NCBI GenBank assembly: GCA_965603105.1
Contig: CBFDBS010000002.1
Coordinates: 1-33,757 of the forward strand
Direction: 5' to 3'
Source of the DNA: an uncultured bacterium
Lineage (GTDB): Bacteria > Acidobacteriota > Aminicenantia > Aminicenantales > Aminicenantaceae
DNA length: 33,757 bases
The position numbers were made by a program, and so were the translations under genes. Each line of letters starts with the position of its first letter. Positions within the stretch are counted from its first letter, which is position 1. The notes below the pieces were generated by a model that saw only the letters and a program-made list of their open reading frames with translations, was not told the DNA's origin and did not search any database. Positions 25,134 to 33,734 of this stretch are shown here, one piece after another.

Positions 25134-26991
25134 TAGAGTTGAGGGACCTGAAGACGTTAAAAAGCTCAATCCCAAGGAGTTGAACCAGCTTGCTCAGGAA
25201 ATCAGAGAGCTGATCATCCAGGTTGTTTCCAAAACCGGGGGGCATCTTTCACCCAATCTGGGAGTTGTGGAGTTGACTCTGGCTCTCCACCGTGTCTTCG
25301 ACTTCAGGAAGGATAGAATCATCTGGGACGTAGGCCATCAGTGCTATACGCACAAAATCATCACCGGTCGCAAAAAGCAGTTCCTGAGCCTTCGTCAGTT
25401 CGAGGGGCTGTGTGGATTTCCTGACCAGAAGGAAAGCGAATATGATGTCTATAACACGGGGCACGCATCCACCGCCCTTTCAGCGGCCCTGGGAATGGCG
25501 GTTGCTCAGAACAAGAAAAATGAAAACCATCATGTTGTAGCGGTGGTGGGCGACGGCAGTTTAACGGGAGGCGTAGCTTGGGAGGCCTTGAACCAAATAG
25601 GGCACATGCGTCAGAGAATGATCATTGTGCTCAACTATAACGAGATGTCCATTTCTCACAATGTGGGGGCATTGTCCAAATATCTGGAGTATCTGGTATC
25701 GGGGCAGCACTACTTGAAGATCAAAGATACGGCCAAAACCGTCCTGAAGAGCGTTCCGGCTGTAGGCTGGCCTATGATTAAGGTTGGTCGTGCTGTCGAG
25801 GAAGCCATTAAGAAGGTGTTTTTCCCCGGACTCGTGTTCAAGGAACTGGGGATCAAATATGTTGGCCCGGTCCAAGGGCACAGCATCTCTTCGCTTCTTG
25901 AAGTCTTTGAGGATGCCAAAACTTACGACGGGCCCGTGCTCATCCATTGTGTCACGAAAAAAGGGAAGGGGTACCATCCGGCACAAAAAGATTCTTCGGC
26001 CTTTCATGGAGCTTCCCCCTTTGATGTGGAAACAGGAAAGCCTTTAAGCCAAGATAAACGGCCCTCCTTTTCTCATATCTTCGGCGATACGGTCGTGAAA
26101 TTGGCGGAGTCCGATGATAAAGTAGTGGCCATCACGGCGGCCATGCGTGAGGGAACAGGGCTGGAGAAATTTTCCAAGAAATTTCCCGACCGGTTTTTTG
26201 ATGTGGGCATTGCCGAACAGCACGCCGTGAATTTTTCCACCGGGTTGGCCCTGAATGGATTTAAACCCATCGTTGCCATCTACTCGACGTTTCTGCAGAG
26301 AGCCTATGACCAGCTCTATCACGACGTCTGCTTAATGGATATTCCCATCGTTTTTGCTCTCGACCGGGCTGGGATAGTCTCCGACGACGGCCCGACGCAT
26401 CAGGGAATTAATGATATCGTTTATCTCAGACATCTGCCCAACATGATAGTGATGGCCCCCAAGGACGAGAATGAACTTCAGCACATGATCCGTTCGGCGC
26501 TTTCGTATTCTCATCCCGCGGCTGTAAGGTTTCCCAAAGGGAAGGGCCTGGGAGTGAGCATGGATGATGAATTGAGGATCATCCCACTCGGCAAGAGCGA
26601 ACTGGTCAAAGAAGGGAAGGATCTCTTCTTTGCTTTTGGCAGTATGGTGAAACCTGCTTTAGAGGCGGCAGAGAGATTGGAGCGGGAAGGGATCAGCTTG
26701 GCTGTTGTCAATGCCCGCTTTGCCAAGCCGTTGGATGAGGAGATCATCCTTAAGTATACGCGCCCGGGGGGTGTGATCATCACGGCCGAGGAGGGCGTAT
26801 TGGCCGGGGGATTTGGAAGTGCCGTACGTGAATTTTTAGACAGTGAAAGAAGATTTGACCTGCGCTTCAAAAGCATCGGTATCCCCCTGGACATTTACCC
26901 CGTCGGTAAAGCAAAGCAGATAAAGAAGACATTCGAGCTGGACGCGGAGGGCCTCTTTAAACAGGCCCGTGACTTCTATAACCAGAAATAA
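25108..26991 (+). CDS. dxs: 1-deoxy-D-xylulose-5-phosphate synthase
   Basis: GGHLSPNLGVVELTLALH, the GDGSLTGG TPP motif and GIAEQHAV. I set the start at the ATG at 25108 after GGAGG (ATG 25117 is an alternative). The ORF-track start at 24883 lies deep inside ispA. Confidence 0.9.
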   Translation: MKTMNQLLDRVEGPEDVKKLNPKELNQLAQEIRELIIQVVSKTGGHLSPNLGVVELTLALHRVFDFRKDRIIWDVGHQCYTHKIITGRKKQFLSLRQFEGLCGFPDQKESEYDVYNTGHASTALSAALGMAVAQNKKNENHHVVAVVGDGSLTGGVAWEALNQIGHMRQRMIIVLNYNEMSISHNVGALSKYLEYLVSGQHYLKIKDTAKTVLKSVPAVGWPMIKVGRAVEEAIKKVFFPGLVFKELGIKYVGPVQGHSISSLLEVFEDAKTYDGPVLIHCVTKKGKGYHPAQKDSSAFHGASPFDVETGKPLSQDKRPSFSHIFGDTVVKLAESDDKVVAITAAMREGTGLEKFSKKFPDRFFDVGIAEQHAVNFSTGLALNGFKPIVAIYSTFLQRAYDQLYHDVCLMDIPIVFALDRAGIVSDDGPTHQGINDIVYLRHLPNMIVMAPKDENELQHMIRSALSYSHPAAVRFPKGKGLGVSMDDELRIIPLGKSELVKEGKDLFFAFGSMVKPALEAAERLEREGISLAVVNARFAKPLDEEIILKYTRPGGVIITAEEGVLAGGFGSAVREFLDSERRFDLRFKSIGIPLDIYPVGKAKQIKKTFELDAEGLFKQARDFYNQK

Positions 26992-27012
26992 AATTGGGGA
27001 CAGGCCCCAATT
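26992..27012 (+). repeat. palindromic repeat copy 2 (AATTGGGG-ACAGG-CCCCAATT) immediately after the dxs stop
   Basis: Perfect 8-bp stem with a 5-nt loop. The left arm and loop (13 nt) plus the flanking AAATAAAA context match copy 1. It is followed by TTGATTGGTGGGAGT, which recurs at 31508-31523. Confidence 0.7.
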
Positions 27013-27034
27013 TGATTGGTGGGAGTAAGAAAAA

Positions 27035-27847
27035 GTGAAAGACCGCGCCGATAAAATCGTTGCCGCCCATGGATTGGCCGAGAGCCGCCAAAAAGCACAG
27101 TCTCTCATTATGGCCGGACTGGTTTATGCGGAAGGAAAACGCGTAGAGAAGCCGGGACAGCTTTTGGATGCGGCTCTGAGTTTAGAATTGAAGGAAGTTC
27201 TTCCTTTTGTCGGCCGGGGGGGACTGAAAATCAACGAGGCTCTGGATGTGTTTGATCTCGCTGTCAAAGGGAAGACGGTTGCCGATTTGGGTTCATCGAC
27301 GGGGGGCTTTACCGATTGCCTTCTCCAGAGGGGAGCCCGCAAAGTTTATGCCGTCGATGTCGACACGAAACAACTGGATGTCAAGTTGAGGCAGAATCCC
27401 CGGGTCGTTCAGATCGAAAAAAACGCCCGATACCTGCAGAGAGGGGACATCCCCGACCGAATAGACCTCGTCACCATTGACCTGGCTTTTATTTCAGTGA
27501 CAAAAGTCTTGCCTGCGGTCAGAGAAGTTTTGGAAGAAGGGATGGTAGTCTCTCTGATCAAGCCCCAGTTTGAAGTCGGACGTCATCAGGTTGGGAAAAA
27601 GGGGATCGTCCGGGACCTCTCCCTTCATGAAGAGGTCCTGCTGAACGTGGCTGTTATTGCGGAGGATCTCGGTTTCTGGACAAGGGCTCTAATGAAACCC
27701 TCCGTCCGCGGCCAAAAAGGAAACCAAGAATATTTCATTTTCTGGGAAAAAAGGACAACAAGAGCAGGCGATTCTCCCCGGAACGTAACGCCTGTCTCCA
27801 GTCTCAAACGTATCATCAAGGAGGCGGTCTGGAATGAGAAAAATTGA
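27035..27847 (+). CDS. tlyA: TlyA-family rRNA (cytidine-2'-O)-methyltransferase
   Basis: S4-like N-terminus (GLAESRQKAQSLIMAGLV) and the FtsJ-type SAM motif DLGSSTGGFTD. GTG start. Confidence 0.85.
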   Translation: MKDRADKIVAAHGLAESRQKAQSLIMAGLVYAEGKRVEKPGQLLDAALSLELKEVLPFVGRGGLKINEALDVFDLAVKGKTVADLGSSTGGFTDCLLQRGARKVYAVDVDTKQLDVKLRQNPRVVQIEKNARYLQRGDIPDRIDLVTIDLAFISVTKVLPAVREVLEEGMVVSLIKPQFEVGRHQVGKKGIVRDLSLHEEVLLNVAVIAEDLGFWTRALMKPSVRGQKGNQEYFIFWEKRTTRAGDSPRNVTPVSSLKRIIKEAVWNEKN

Positions 27848-28676
27848 GCGTGTTGGTTGTGTTATCAAGCCTCATGCGCCCTCGGTCCAACAGATTCTGG
27901 GAGGGCTTCTCCGTTATTTTAAAGAAAAAAAAATCGAATGTCTCCTGGAAGAGGCCGCCGCCGAAAAAATGGGCTTGGCCGGAGGAATCGACAGGGAGGC
28001 GGTTGCCTCTCATTCTGACCTGGTGATTGTATTGGGAGGAGACGGAACGCTCTTGACCATAGCTCATCTTGCCGCCCAAGCGGGCATCCCGGTGCTGGGT
28101 GTCAACCTTGGCAGATTGGGCTTTCTGACGGAAGTGCCTGTTGACGAGATGTTTTACACTCTGGATGCGTTTTTGGGAGGGAACCGGCAAATTGTCGGCC
28201 ACCGCCGCCTGCTGGAGGTCTTGTACAGGGAAAAAACCTCCTATTGTCTCAATGATGCCGTGATCAACAAGGGCGCTCTGGCCCGGATAATTCAAGCCGC
28301 CATTTGGATTGATGATAAGGAAATCGCTACGGTCAGAGCCGATGGATTGATTATCGCCACACCAACGGGTTCGACAGCCTATTCGCTTTCAGCGGGGGGA
28401 CCTATCATCCAGCCCCATATTCCGGCCACTATCATCGCTCCCATCTGCCCCCATACTTTATCTTTCAGGCCGATGGTCATCTCCTCCGATTCAAAGATCA
28501 AGATTCAAATCATCTCCGGCGAAGAAGTCTACCTCACTCAGGATGGGCAGCGGGGGGATCTGATGGAGATCGATGACTTCGTCCTTATAAAGACTTCCTC
28601 ATTGGAATTGAAGCTCATCTCCTCACCCAAGCGCAATTATTTCGACCTCCTCCATGAAAAACTCGGCTGGGGGTAA
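27834..28676 (+). CDS. nadK: NAD(+) kinase
   Basis: GGDGTLL and ATPTGSTAYSLSAGGP motifs, with an AGGAGG SD. Confidence 0.9.
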   Translation: MRKIERVGCVIKPHAPSVQQILGGLLRYFKEKKIECLLEEAAAEKMGLAGGIDREAVASHSDLVIVLGGDGTLLTIAHLAAQAGIPVLGVNLGRLGFLTEVPVDEMFYTLDAFLGGNRQIVGHRRLLEVLYREKTSYCLNDAVINKGALARIIQAAIWIDDKEIATVRADGLIIATPTGSTAYSLSAGGPIIQPHIPATIIAPICPHTLSFRPMVISSDSKIKIQIISGEEVYLTQDGQRGDLMEIDDFVLIKTSSLELKLISSPKRNYFDLLHEKLGWG

Positions 28677-28701
28677 ATTCCTTCCCAAATATTTGAGCCG
28701 A

Positions 28702-28730
28702 TTGACATTTAAAAGGTCCAAGATTATGAT
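28702..28730 (+). promoter_or_regulatory. near-consensus sigma70 promoter directly upstream of glgA
   Basis: TTGACA (28702-28707), a 17-nt spacer and TATGAT (28725-28730). The -10 element ends 10 nt before the glgA ATG and no SD lies between them. Confidence 0.55.
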
Positions 28731-28740
28731 TTGATCTTAA

Positions 28741-30210
28741 ATGGAAGAGAAACTCCGTGTCATTTTCGCCACAGCCGAAGCCTCCCCTTACGCCCGGTCA
28801 GGGGAGTTGGCGGATGTGGCTTCCGCTCTGCCCAAATATTTGGCTCAGCTTGGTGTGAACGTATCTGTCGTCATGCCCCATTACCGCACTCCTGAAATCG
28901 AGTCACTATCCAAAGACCTCGTCATGCCTGAGCTCTTCGTGCCTATGGGTGACGGGCAGGCCAAAGCGAAAGTCTACAAGAGCGCACAGGGAAAGTATGA
29001 CATCTATTTCATCGACAACGCTAAATATTTCTGGCGGGAAAACATCTATGGAACGGGTAAGGGCGAGTATCTCGACAATGATGAACGCTTCGTCTTTTTC
29101 TGCCGGGCCATATTGGAGTTTTTGTTGAGGTCAGGAAAACCCGCCGATATCCTGCACTGCAACAGCTGGCCGACGGCACTCATTCCCGTTTTCCTTAAAA
29201 CTCATTATGCTCACAAGAGACGCCTCAAAGACACTGCCTCCCTTCTCACCCTTCACAACATCAGTTATCAAGGGGATTTTCCTCTAGACACCCTCGCCTT
29301 GACAGGGCTGAATTGGGATTATCTCGGTCCGAAGAAATTGGCATTGAACGGCAAGTTCAATTTTCTAAAGTCGGGCATCCTATTCGCTGACATGCTCAAC
29401 ACCGTCAGCGATGCCTACAGAATGGAAATTCTTCAGGATAAAAACGGTTTTGGTCTACACGACATTTTGAAAGGCCGCCAAGAGGAGCTTTGGAGTATCC
29501 GCAACGGAGTCGACTATGAGATCTGGGACCCTGGAATAGATCCCTTTATCGTTTCCAATTACACGTCCTCGGATTTGGGGGCGAGGAAGGACTGCAAGGC
29601 CGACCTGATGGCCGAATTCGGCTTGTCCCTTCCAGCTTCTACGCTTCTCCTGGGGATGGGTGCCTTTATGACAGCCAACAAGGGCTTTGGACTCCTCCTG
29701 GATAGTGTGGAAGAACTTATGAAAAGGGAGGTTGGCCTGGTTGTTTTAGGACATGGAGATGAATCCTACGAGAAGCGGTTCAAAGACATCCAGAAAGAAT
29801 ATCCTGGCCGGTTCTCCGTCCGGGTCGATTCAAGCCCAATTCTTTTCCATAAGGTCATCGCTGGAGCCGATATCCTTCTTGTCCCTTCCCGCCGCGAGCC
29901 CTGCGGCCTGAATCAGTTTTACGGATTTTGTTATGGGGCCGTTCCCGTCGTCCACAGCACGGGGGGGATGAAGGAGACAGTCCGTCCTTTCAACCCTGAC
30001 ACCCTGAAGGGAAACGGATTTGTTTTTGATGAGTATTCACCTCGGGCTTTTTTGGATGCCGTCGGGCGAGCTTGCGATCTTTACAACACGCCTCAACTTT
30101 GGAGCCGAATAATGAAGGCTGGATTCAAAGAGGATTTTTCCTGGGAGAATTCGGCCAAAAAATACACCGAGTTGTATCTCAGAACGTTAGAGAAAAGAAA
30201 AGGAGGTTAA
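28741..30210 (+). CDS. glgA: glycogen/starch synthase (GT5 family)
   Basis: The N-terminal LRVIFATAEASPYARSGELADV aligns with the KTGGLADV motif region. Also present are HCNSWPTAL, HNISYQG and the C-terminal PSR.EPCGL motif. Confidence 0.85.
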   Translation: MEEKLRVIFATAEASPYARSGELADVASALPKYLAQLGVNVSVVMPHYRTPEIESLSKDLVMPELFVPMGDGQAKAKVYKSAQGKYDIYFIDNAKYFWRENIYGTGKGEYLDNDERFVFFCRAILEFLLRSGKPADILHCNSWPTALIPVFLKTHYAHKRRLKDTASLLTLHNISYQGDFPLDTLALTGLNWDYLGPKKLALNGKFNFLKSGILFADMLNTVSDAYRMEILQDKNGFGLHDILKGRQEELWSIRNGVDYEIWDPGIDPFIVSNYTSSDLGARKDCKADLMAEFGLSLPASTLLLGMGAFMTANKGFGLLLDSVEELMKREVGLVVLGHGDESYEKRFKDIQKEYPGRFSVRVDSSPILFHKVIAGADILLVPSRREPCGLNQFYGFCYGAVPVVHSTGGMKETVRPFNPDTLKGNGFVFDEYSPRAFLDAVGRACDLYNTPQLWSRIMKAGFKEDFSWENSAKKYTELYLRTLEKRKGG

Positions 30211-30211
30211 C

Positions 30212-30538
30212 GTGTCAGACCATATTATCGCCGTTACGGATGATACATTTGAGGAGGAAGTCATCAAATCCGATGTTCCCGTGTTGCTGGATTTCTGGGC
30301 TGTCTGGTGTGGCCCCTGTCAGATTATCGTCCCTTCTCTGGAGAGCATCGCTAAAAACTACACAGGCCGCTTGAAAGTTGTCAAGGTGAATGTGGACGAA
30401 AGCCCCCAAACGCCCTCAAAATTTGCAGTGATGAGCATCCCTACTCTTCTCCTTTTTAAGGGCGGAGAAGTCAAAGAAACTCTAGTCGGAGCCCTCCCCC
30501 AGAACAAAATTGAAGAGGCCATAAATAAACACTTATGA
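30212..30538 (+). CDS. trxA: thioredoxin
   Basis: WAVWCGPCQ active site. Size is 108 aa. GTG start lies 6 nt after AGGAGG. Confidence 0.9.
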   Translation: MSDHIIAVTDDTFEEEVIKSDVPVLLDFWAVWCGPCQIIVPSLESIAKNYTGRLKVVKVNVDESPQTPSKFAVMSIPTLLLFKGGEVKETLVGALPQNKIEEAINKHL

Positions 30539-31455
30539 GCGAGACATACGACGTCGTCATCATCGGAGCCGGGCCTGCCGGTCTCTCGGCCGCCATTTAC
30601 ACCTGCAGGGGAAGACTCAAGACAATGATTCTCGAGAAGGGCATTCCGGGAGGGCAAATTTTGATGACCGATTTTGTGGAAAATTATCCCGGTTTCCCCG
30701 AAGGTGTGGTGCCCTTCGAGCTGATGGACAAATTCCGGAGACAGGCTGAAAAATTCGGAGCGAAAATCACTCAGGATGAAGTCCTGCGCATCGAGAAAAT
30801 AAATCAAGGGTGGAGCGTGGTAGCCAGCCGGGAACAGTATCAGACCCGCACTGTCATTATTGCCACTGGATCGGTCCATCGCCGATTGGGGCTCGAAAAT
30901 GAGGGAAAATTTGTCGGGAGGGGTGTTTCTTACTGCGCCACCTGCGACGGGGCGTTTTTCAAAGACAAGGAAGTGGCGGTTGTCGGCGGAGGCGACTGGG
31001 CCCTGACCGAGGCTCTCTTTCTGACGAAGTTTTGTCGTTCGGTTAAAGTTATACACCGGCGCGACCAGTTCCGTGGTGAGAAGATCCTGCAGGAGCGCCT
31101 TTTCGCCAATGAAAAGATAGAAGTCCTCTGGGATTCGATCGTGACGGATATATCGGGAGCCGAAAGACTAGAATCCCTGACCTTGAAAAATGTCAAGACT
31201 GAGGAAACAAGTGAGATCAAGGTGGAAGGCTTTTTTGTTTCTATCGGTCTGGATCCCAACACCAAATTTGTAAAAGGACTGCTCGATCTCAACGAGTGGC
31301 AGGAAATCAAAGTCCAGCAGAATATGGCCACTTCCCAGGAGGGGATTTTTGCGGGCGGGGATGCCTGTGATGCCTGTCCCGAACAGATGGCCACCGCGGT
31401 TGGCACGGGCGTGGCCGCCGCACTTAGCGTAGAAGACTTCCTCAGCAAATATTAA
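30535..31455 (+). CDS. trxB: thioredoxin-disulfide reductase
   Basis: GAGPAG FAD motif, CATCDG redox centre and GGGDWA NADPH motif. An ATGA overlap links it to trxA. Confidence 0.9.
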   Translation: MSETYDVVIIGAGPAGLSAAIYTCRGRLKTMILEKGIPGGQILMTDFVENYPGFPEGVVPFELMDKFRRQAEKFGAKITQDEVLRIEKINQGWSVVASREQYQTRTVIIATGSVHRRLGLENEGKFVGRGVSYCATCDGAFFKDKEVAVVGGGDWALTEALFLTKFCRSVKVIHRRDQFRGEKILQERLFANEKIEVLWDSIVTDISGAERLESLTLKNVKTEETSEIKVEGFFVSIGLDPNTKFVKGLLDLNEWQEIKVQQNMATSQEGIFAGGDACDACPEQMATAVGTGVAAALSVEDFLSKY

Positions 31456-31458
31456 AAC

Positions 31459-31552
31459 AATTGGGGTCAGGCTTTCGAAACTGTAGAATTCGTTACCAAA
31501 TTGATCTTTTGATTGTGGGAGTTTAGACAGTTTAGAAAGCCTGAACCCAATT
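31459..31552. terminator. long inverted repeat (26-nt arms, 2 mismatches, 42-nt spacer); probable bidirectional terminator between trxB and lpxD
   Basis: AATTGGGGTCAGGCTTTCGAAACTGT (31459-31484) pairs with ACAGTTTAGAAAGCCTGAACCCAATT (31527-31552). T-rich tracts follow on both strands. The first 14 nt of the arm match the repeat at 23626 and 26992. Confidence 0.65.
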
Positions 31553-32585
31553 ATTTTTGGGGGGGTTTTAGTTTTTGAAGTTCTTTTAAAATCTGGGGGA
31601 TTTTCTGGATGTTGGAGAAGGTCCGTAGATGATCTCGAATGTTCATGTGCGGCGAGCCCATCACCTTCGATCCCGGTGGGAGATCCCGCATAACCCCGGA
31701 CTGAGCGGCGATTTTCGAATTGTCGCCGATGTGGATATGATCGGGGATGCCTGCCTGTCCGCCAATAATGACGTTGTTTCCGATTTTCGAGCTGCCGGCT
31801 ATCCCAACCTGAGAGATGACGATCGTGTTTTCGCCGATTTCCACACTGTGGGCGATCTGGACAAGGTTATCGATTTTCGTTCCCTTCTTGATGATTGTTG
31901 TGTTCATGGCGGCCCGATCGACGGTCGTATTGGCTCCGATTTCCACATCGTCTTCGATGAGAACGATTCCAGACTGAGGAATCTTCGCCTGTGTCTTGTC
32001 CGGCCTCTGAACATAACCGAATCCATCGGCGCCGATGACGACCCCGCAGTGCAGGATCACGTTGTTGCCAATGACGCAGTCCTCTCTGATGGATACCTGA
32101 GAGTGGATAAGGCAATTCTCTCCCGTTTTAACACGGGGATAAATGGTCACATGAGGGAAAAGGACCGAGCCTCTCCCGATCTCAGCTCCATCGTCCACAA
32201 CACAGAAAGCTCCGATGGAAACGCCGTCTCCGATTTTTGCCGATGGAGACACGGCTGCCTGGGGGTGTATTCCTGGAAGAGGAAGAAAGGGCATAAAGAA
32301 AATTTCGATGGCCTCGATAAAAGTCAGGTGAGGAGTTTGAGACAATATAAGAGGAATCCTTTGATCCTTCTCTTCTGGGGGGACAATCGCCGCCGAGGCT
32401 TGAGTCTTCAAAAAAAGCGGCCTGTACTTGGGATGGGCCAGGAAAATGAGATCTCCTTCTCCGGCGGTTTCCAAGCTGGCGACTCCGCTGATGACCACTT
32501 TTCCGTCCCCGACAAAACGGCACGCCAGCTTCTCAGCCAGTTCGGCCACAGTCCACTCGACTCTCTTTTCAAGCATTTTGTTCAT
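31551..32585 (-). CDS. lpxD: UDP-3-O-(3-hydroxyacyl)glucosamine N-acyltransferase
   Basis: LpxD-type N-terminal domain (..LAEKL......GDG...[15 protein letters not shown]) followed by an extended hexapeptide-repeat left-handed beta-helix. Size is 344 aa. Confidence 0.85.
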   Translation of the reverse strand: MNKMLEKRVEWTVAELAEKLACRFVGDGKVVISGVASLETAGEGDLIFLAHPKYRPLFLKTQASAAIVPPEEKDQRIPLILSQTPHLTFIEAIEIFFMPFLPLPGIHPQAAVSPSAKIGDGVSIGAFCVVDDGAEIGRGSVLFPHVTIYPRVKTGENCLIHSQVSIREDCVIGNNVILHCGVVIGADGFGYVQRPDKTQAKIPQSGIVLIEDDVEIGANTTVDRAAMNTTIIKKGTKIDNLVQIAHSVEIGENTIVISQVGIAGSSKIGNNVIIGGQAGIPDHIHIGDNSKIAAQSGVMRDLPPGSKVMGSPHMNIRDHLRTFSNIQKIPQILKELQKLKPPQK

Positions 32586-33323
32586 GAATCCTCTCGTTGA
32601 TTGCTGCCGCCAGCTCAGCCCCTAAAAGCAAAAGCATCATCGACAGCGTGATCCAGAGCAGGAAAAAGATGATCGAGGTCAGGGTTCCCTGAACCAACTT
32701 GTTGAGCACGACACCGATTGCCGAGAAATGGGTCACATAATAAGTGAAAAGTCTTTTGAAGACCTCCCAGAGAAGTGCGCAAATGCCCGATGCGATGAGA
32801 GCCGCCTTGGTATAGACTTTGATCTCGGGAATGAACTTGTAGATCACAAAAATAACCAGGAATGTCAGCATGAAGGGGATCAAATATTTAAGAAAAAAGT
32901 TGTTGATCAGGTCGACAAAATTCTCGTTAACATGTTCGGCGACAAAGGAGCTCTCTTTGATTGTCCGGTTGATGGCTGTCCAGATGGCCGTCATGGACAG
33001 CGAGATGAGCATGACGATGCCGATGATGAACATCATGATGTACTCGATCAGCCGGTTGTAGAAGAAGGATTTCTGGTACTGCGCCTTAAAAATGAAATTC
33101 ACGGAATTGATCAATTTGGAAAAGAGGAAGCTGGCAGCGACGAACGATCCGATAATGCCGAACAGCCCGAGACTAGAGATGGACTGGGGAACGGATTGGA
33201 CCTTTTCCCAGAACAGCGTATCGATCTTGGCAAAAAACTCCTCGGAATGGCAAAGTTGCCGATCCTGTCTTCATTAGCCCTCTTGAACGTTACCTTGATG
33301 ATGTCGAAGACAGGACGACTCAT
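32569..33323 (-). pseudogene. YihY/BrkB-family membrane protein gene, apparently disrupted (frameshift plus missing first TM segment)
   Basis: The 181-aa ORF (32569-33114) carries the family's C-terminal TM helices, and its frame stays open without a start codon up to 33270. A separate 70-codon ORF (33111-33323) starts with the family-like N-terminus MSRPVFDIIKVTFKRANEDRIGNFA and then goes out of frame. Confidence 0.55.
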
Positions 33324-33369
33324 GCAATTATTTTACGAAAACAGCCGTGTATTTGGCGAGTCCTTTCTT

Positions 33370-33714
33370 TTAAGTGTAATTGCCCCAATTGATGGCGATG
33401 ATCATGATCGAGATGAGAAGGGCGTAGATGACCAGTGTTTCGATCAGGACAAGACCCAGAAGCGCGATGAACCGGATGTGGGGGGCGGCTCCGGGATTTC
33501 TGGAGATGCCTTCACAAGCGGCCCCGATCGCTCTGGACTGACAGTAGGCTCCCGCGGCGGCGGCAATGGCGATGACCGCACCGCCGATGATAATTGCCCA
33601 CATGTACAGAGTCGTGCGGTTCTCCGTCGTATCTGTCCCTTGAGCAAGCAGCGGAGTGCCGGCAATAAAAATGAATAAGAGCAGAATCCCTAAAGTTTTG
33701 AATTTCTTTGTCAT
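33370..33714 (-). CDS. atpE: F-type ATP synthase subunit c with N-terminal signal-peptide-like extension
   Basis: Helical hairpin AIAAAAGAYCQSRAIGAACEGISRNPGA...LGLVLIETLVIYALLISI, with the RNP loop and the ion-binding Glu. It is preceded by MTKKFKTLGILLLFIFIAGTPLLAQG. An AAGGAG SD is present. Confidence 0.8.
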   Translation of the reverse strand: MTKKFKTLGILLLFIFIAGTPLLAQGTDTTENRTTLYMWAIIIGGAVIAIAAAAGAYCQSRAIGAACEGISRNPGAAPHIRFIALLGLVLIETLVIYALLISIMIIAINWGNYT

Positions 33715-33734
33715 CTATTTTTCTCCTTTATTTG

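Noticed and set aside
30358-31056. 232-aa minus-strand ORF (also 30930-31448).
   Set aside because: It is antisense to trxA/trxB, which carry unambiguous active-site motifs.
31629-32600. 323-aa plus-strand ORF.
   Set aside because: It is antisense to lpxD. Hexapeptide-repeat genes routinely produce long spurious antisense ORFs, and this one has a D/R/G-rich nonsense composition.
32728-33678. 316-aa plus-strand ORF spanning the yihY remnant and atpE.
   Set aside because: It is antisense to two recognisable minus-strand genes. Its Asp/Gly/Arg-rich low-complexity sequence arises from antisense reading of hydrophobic codons.
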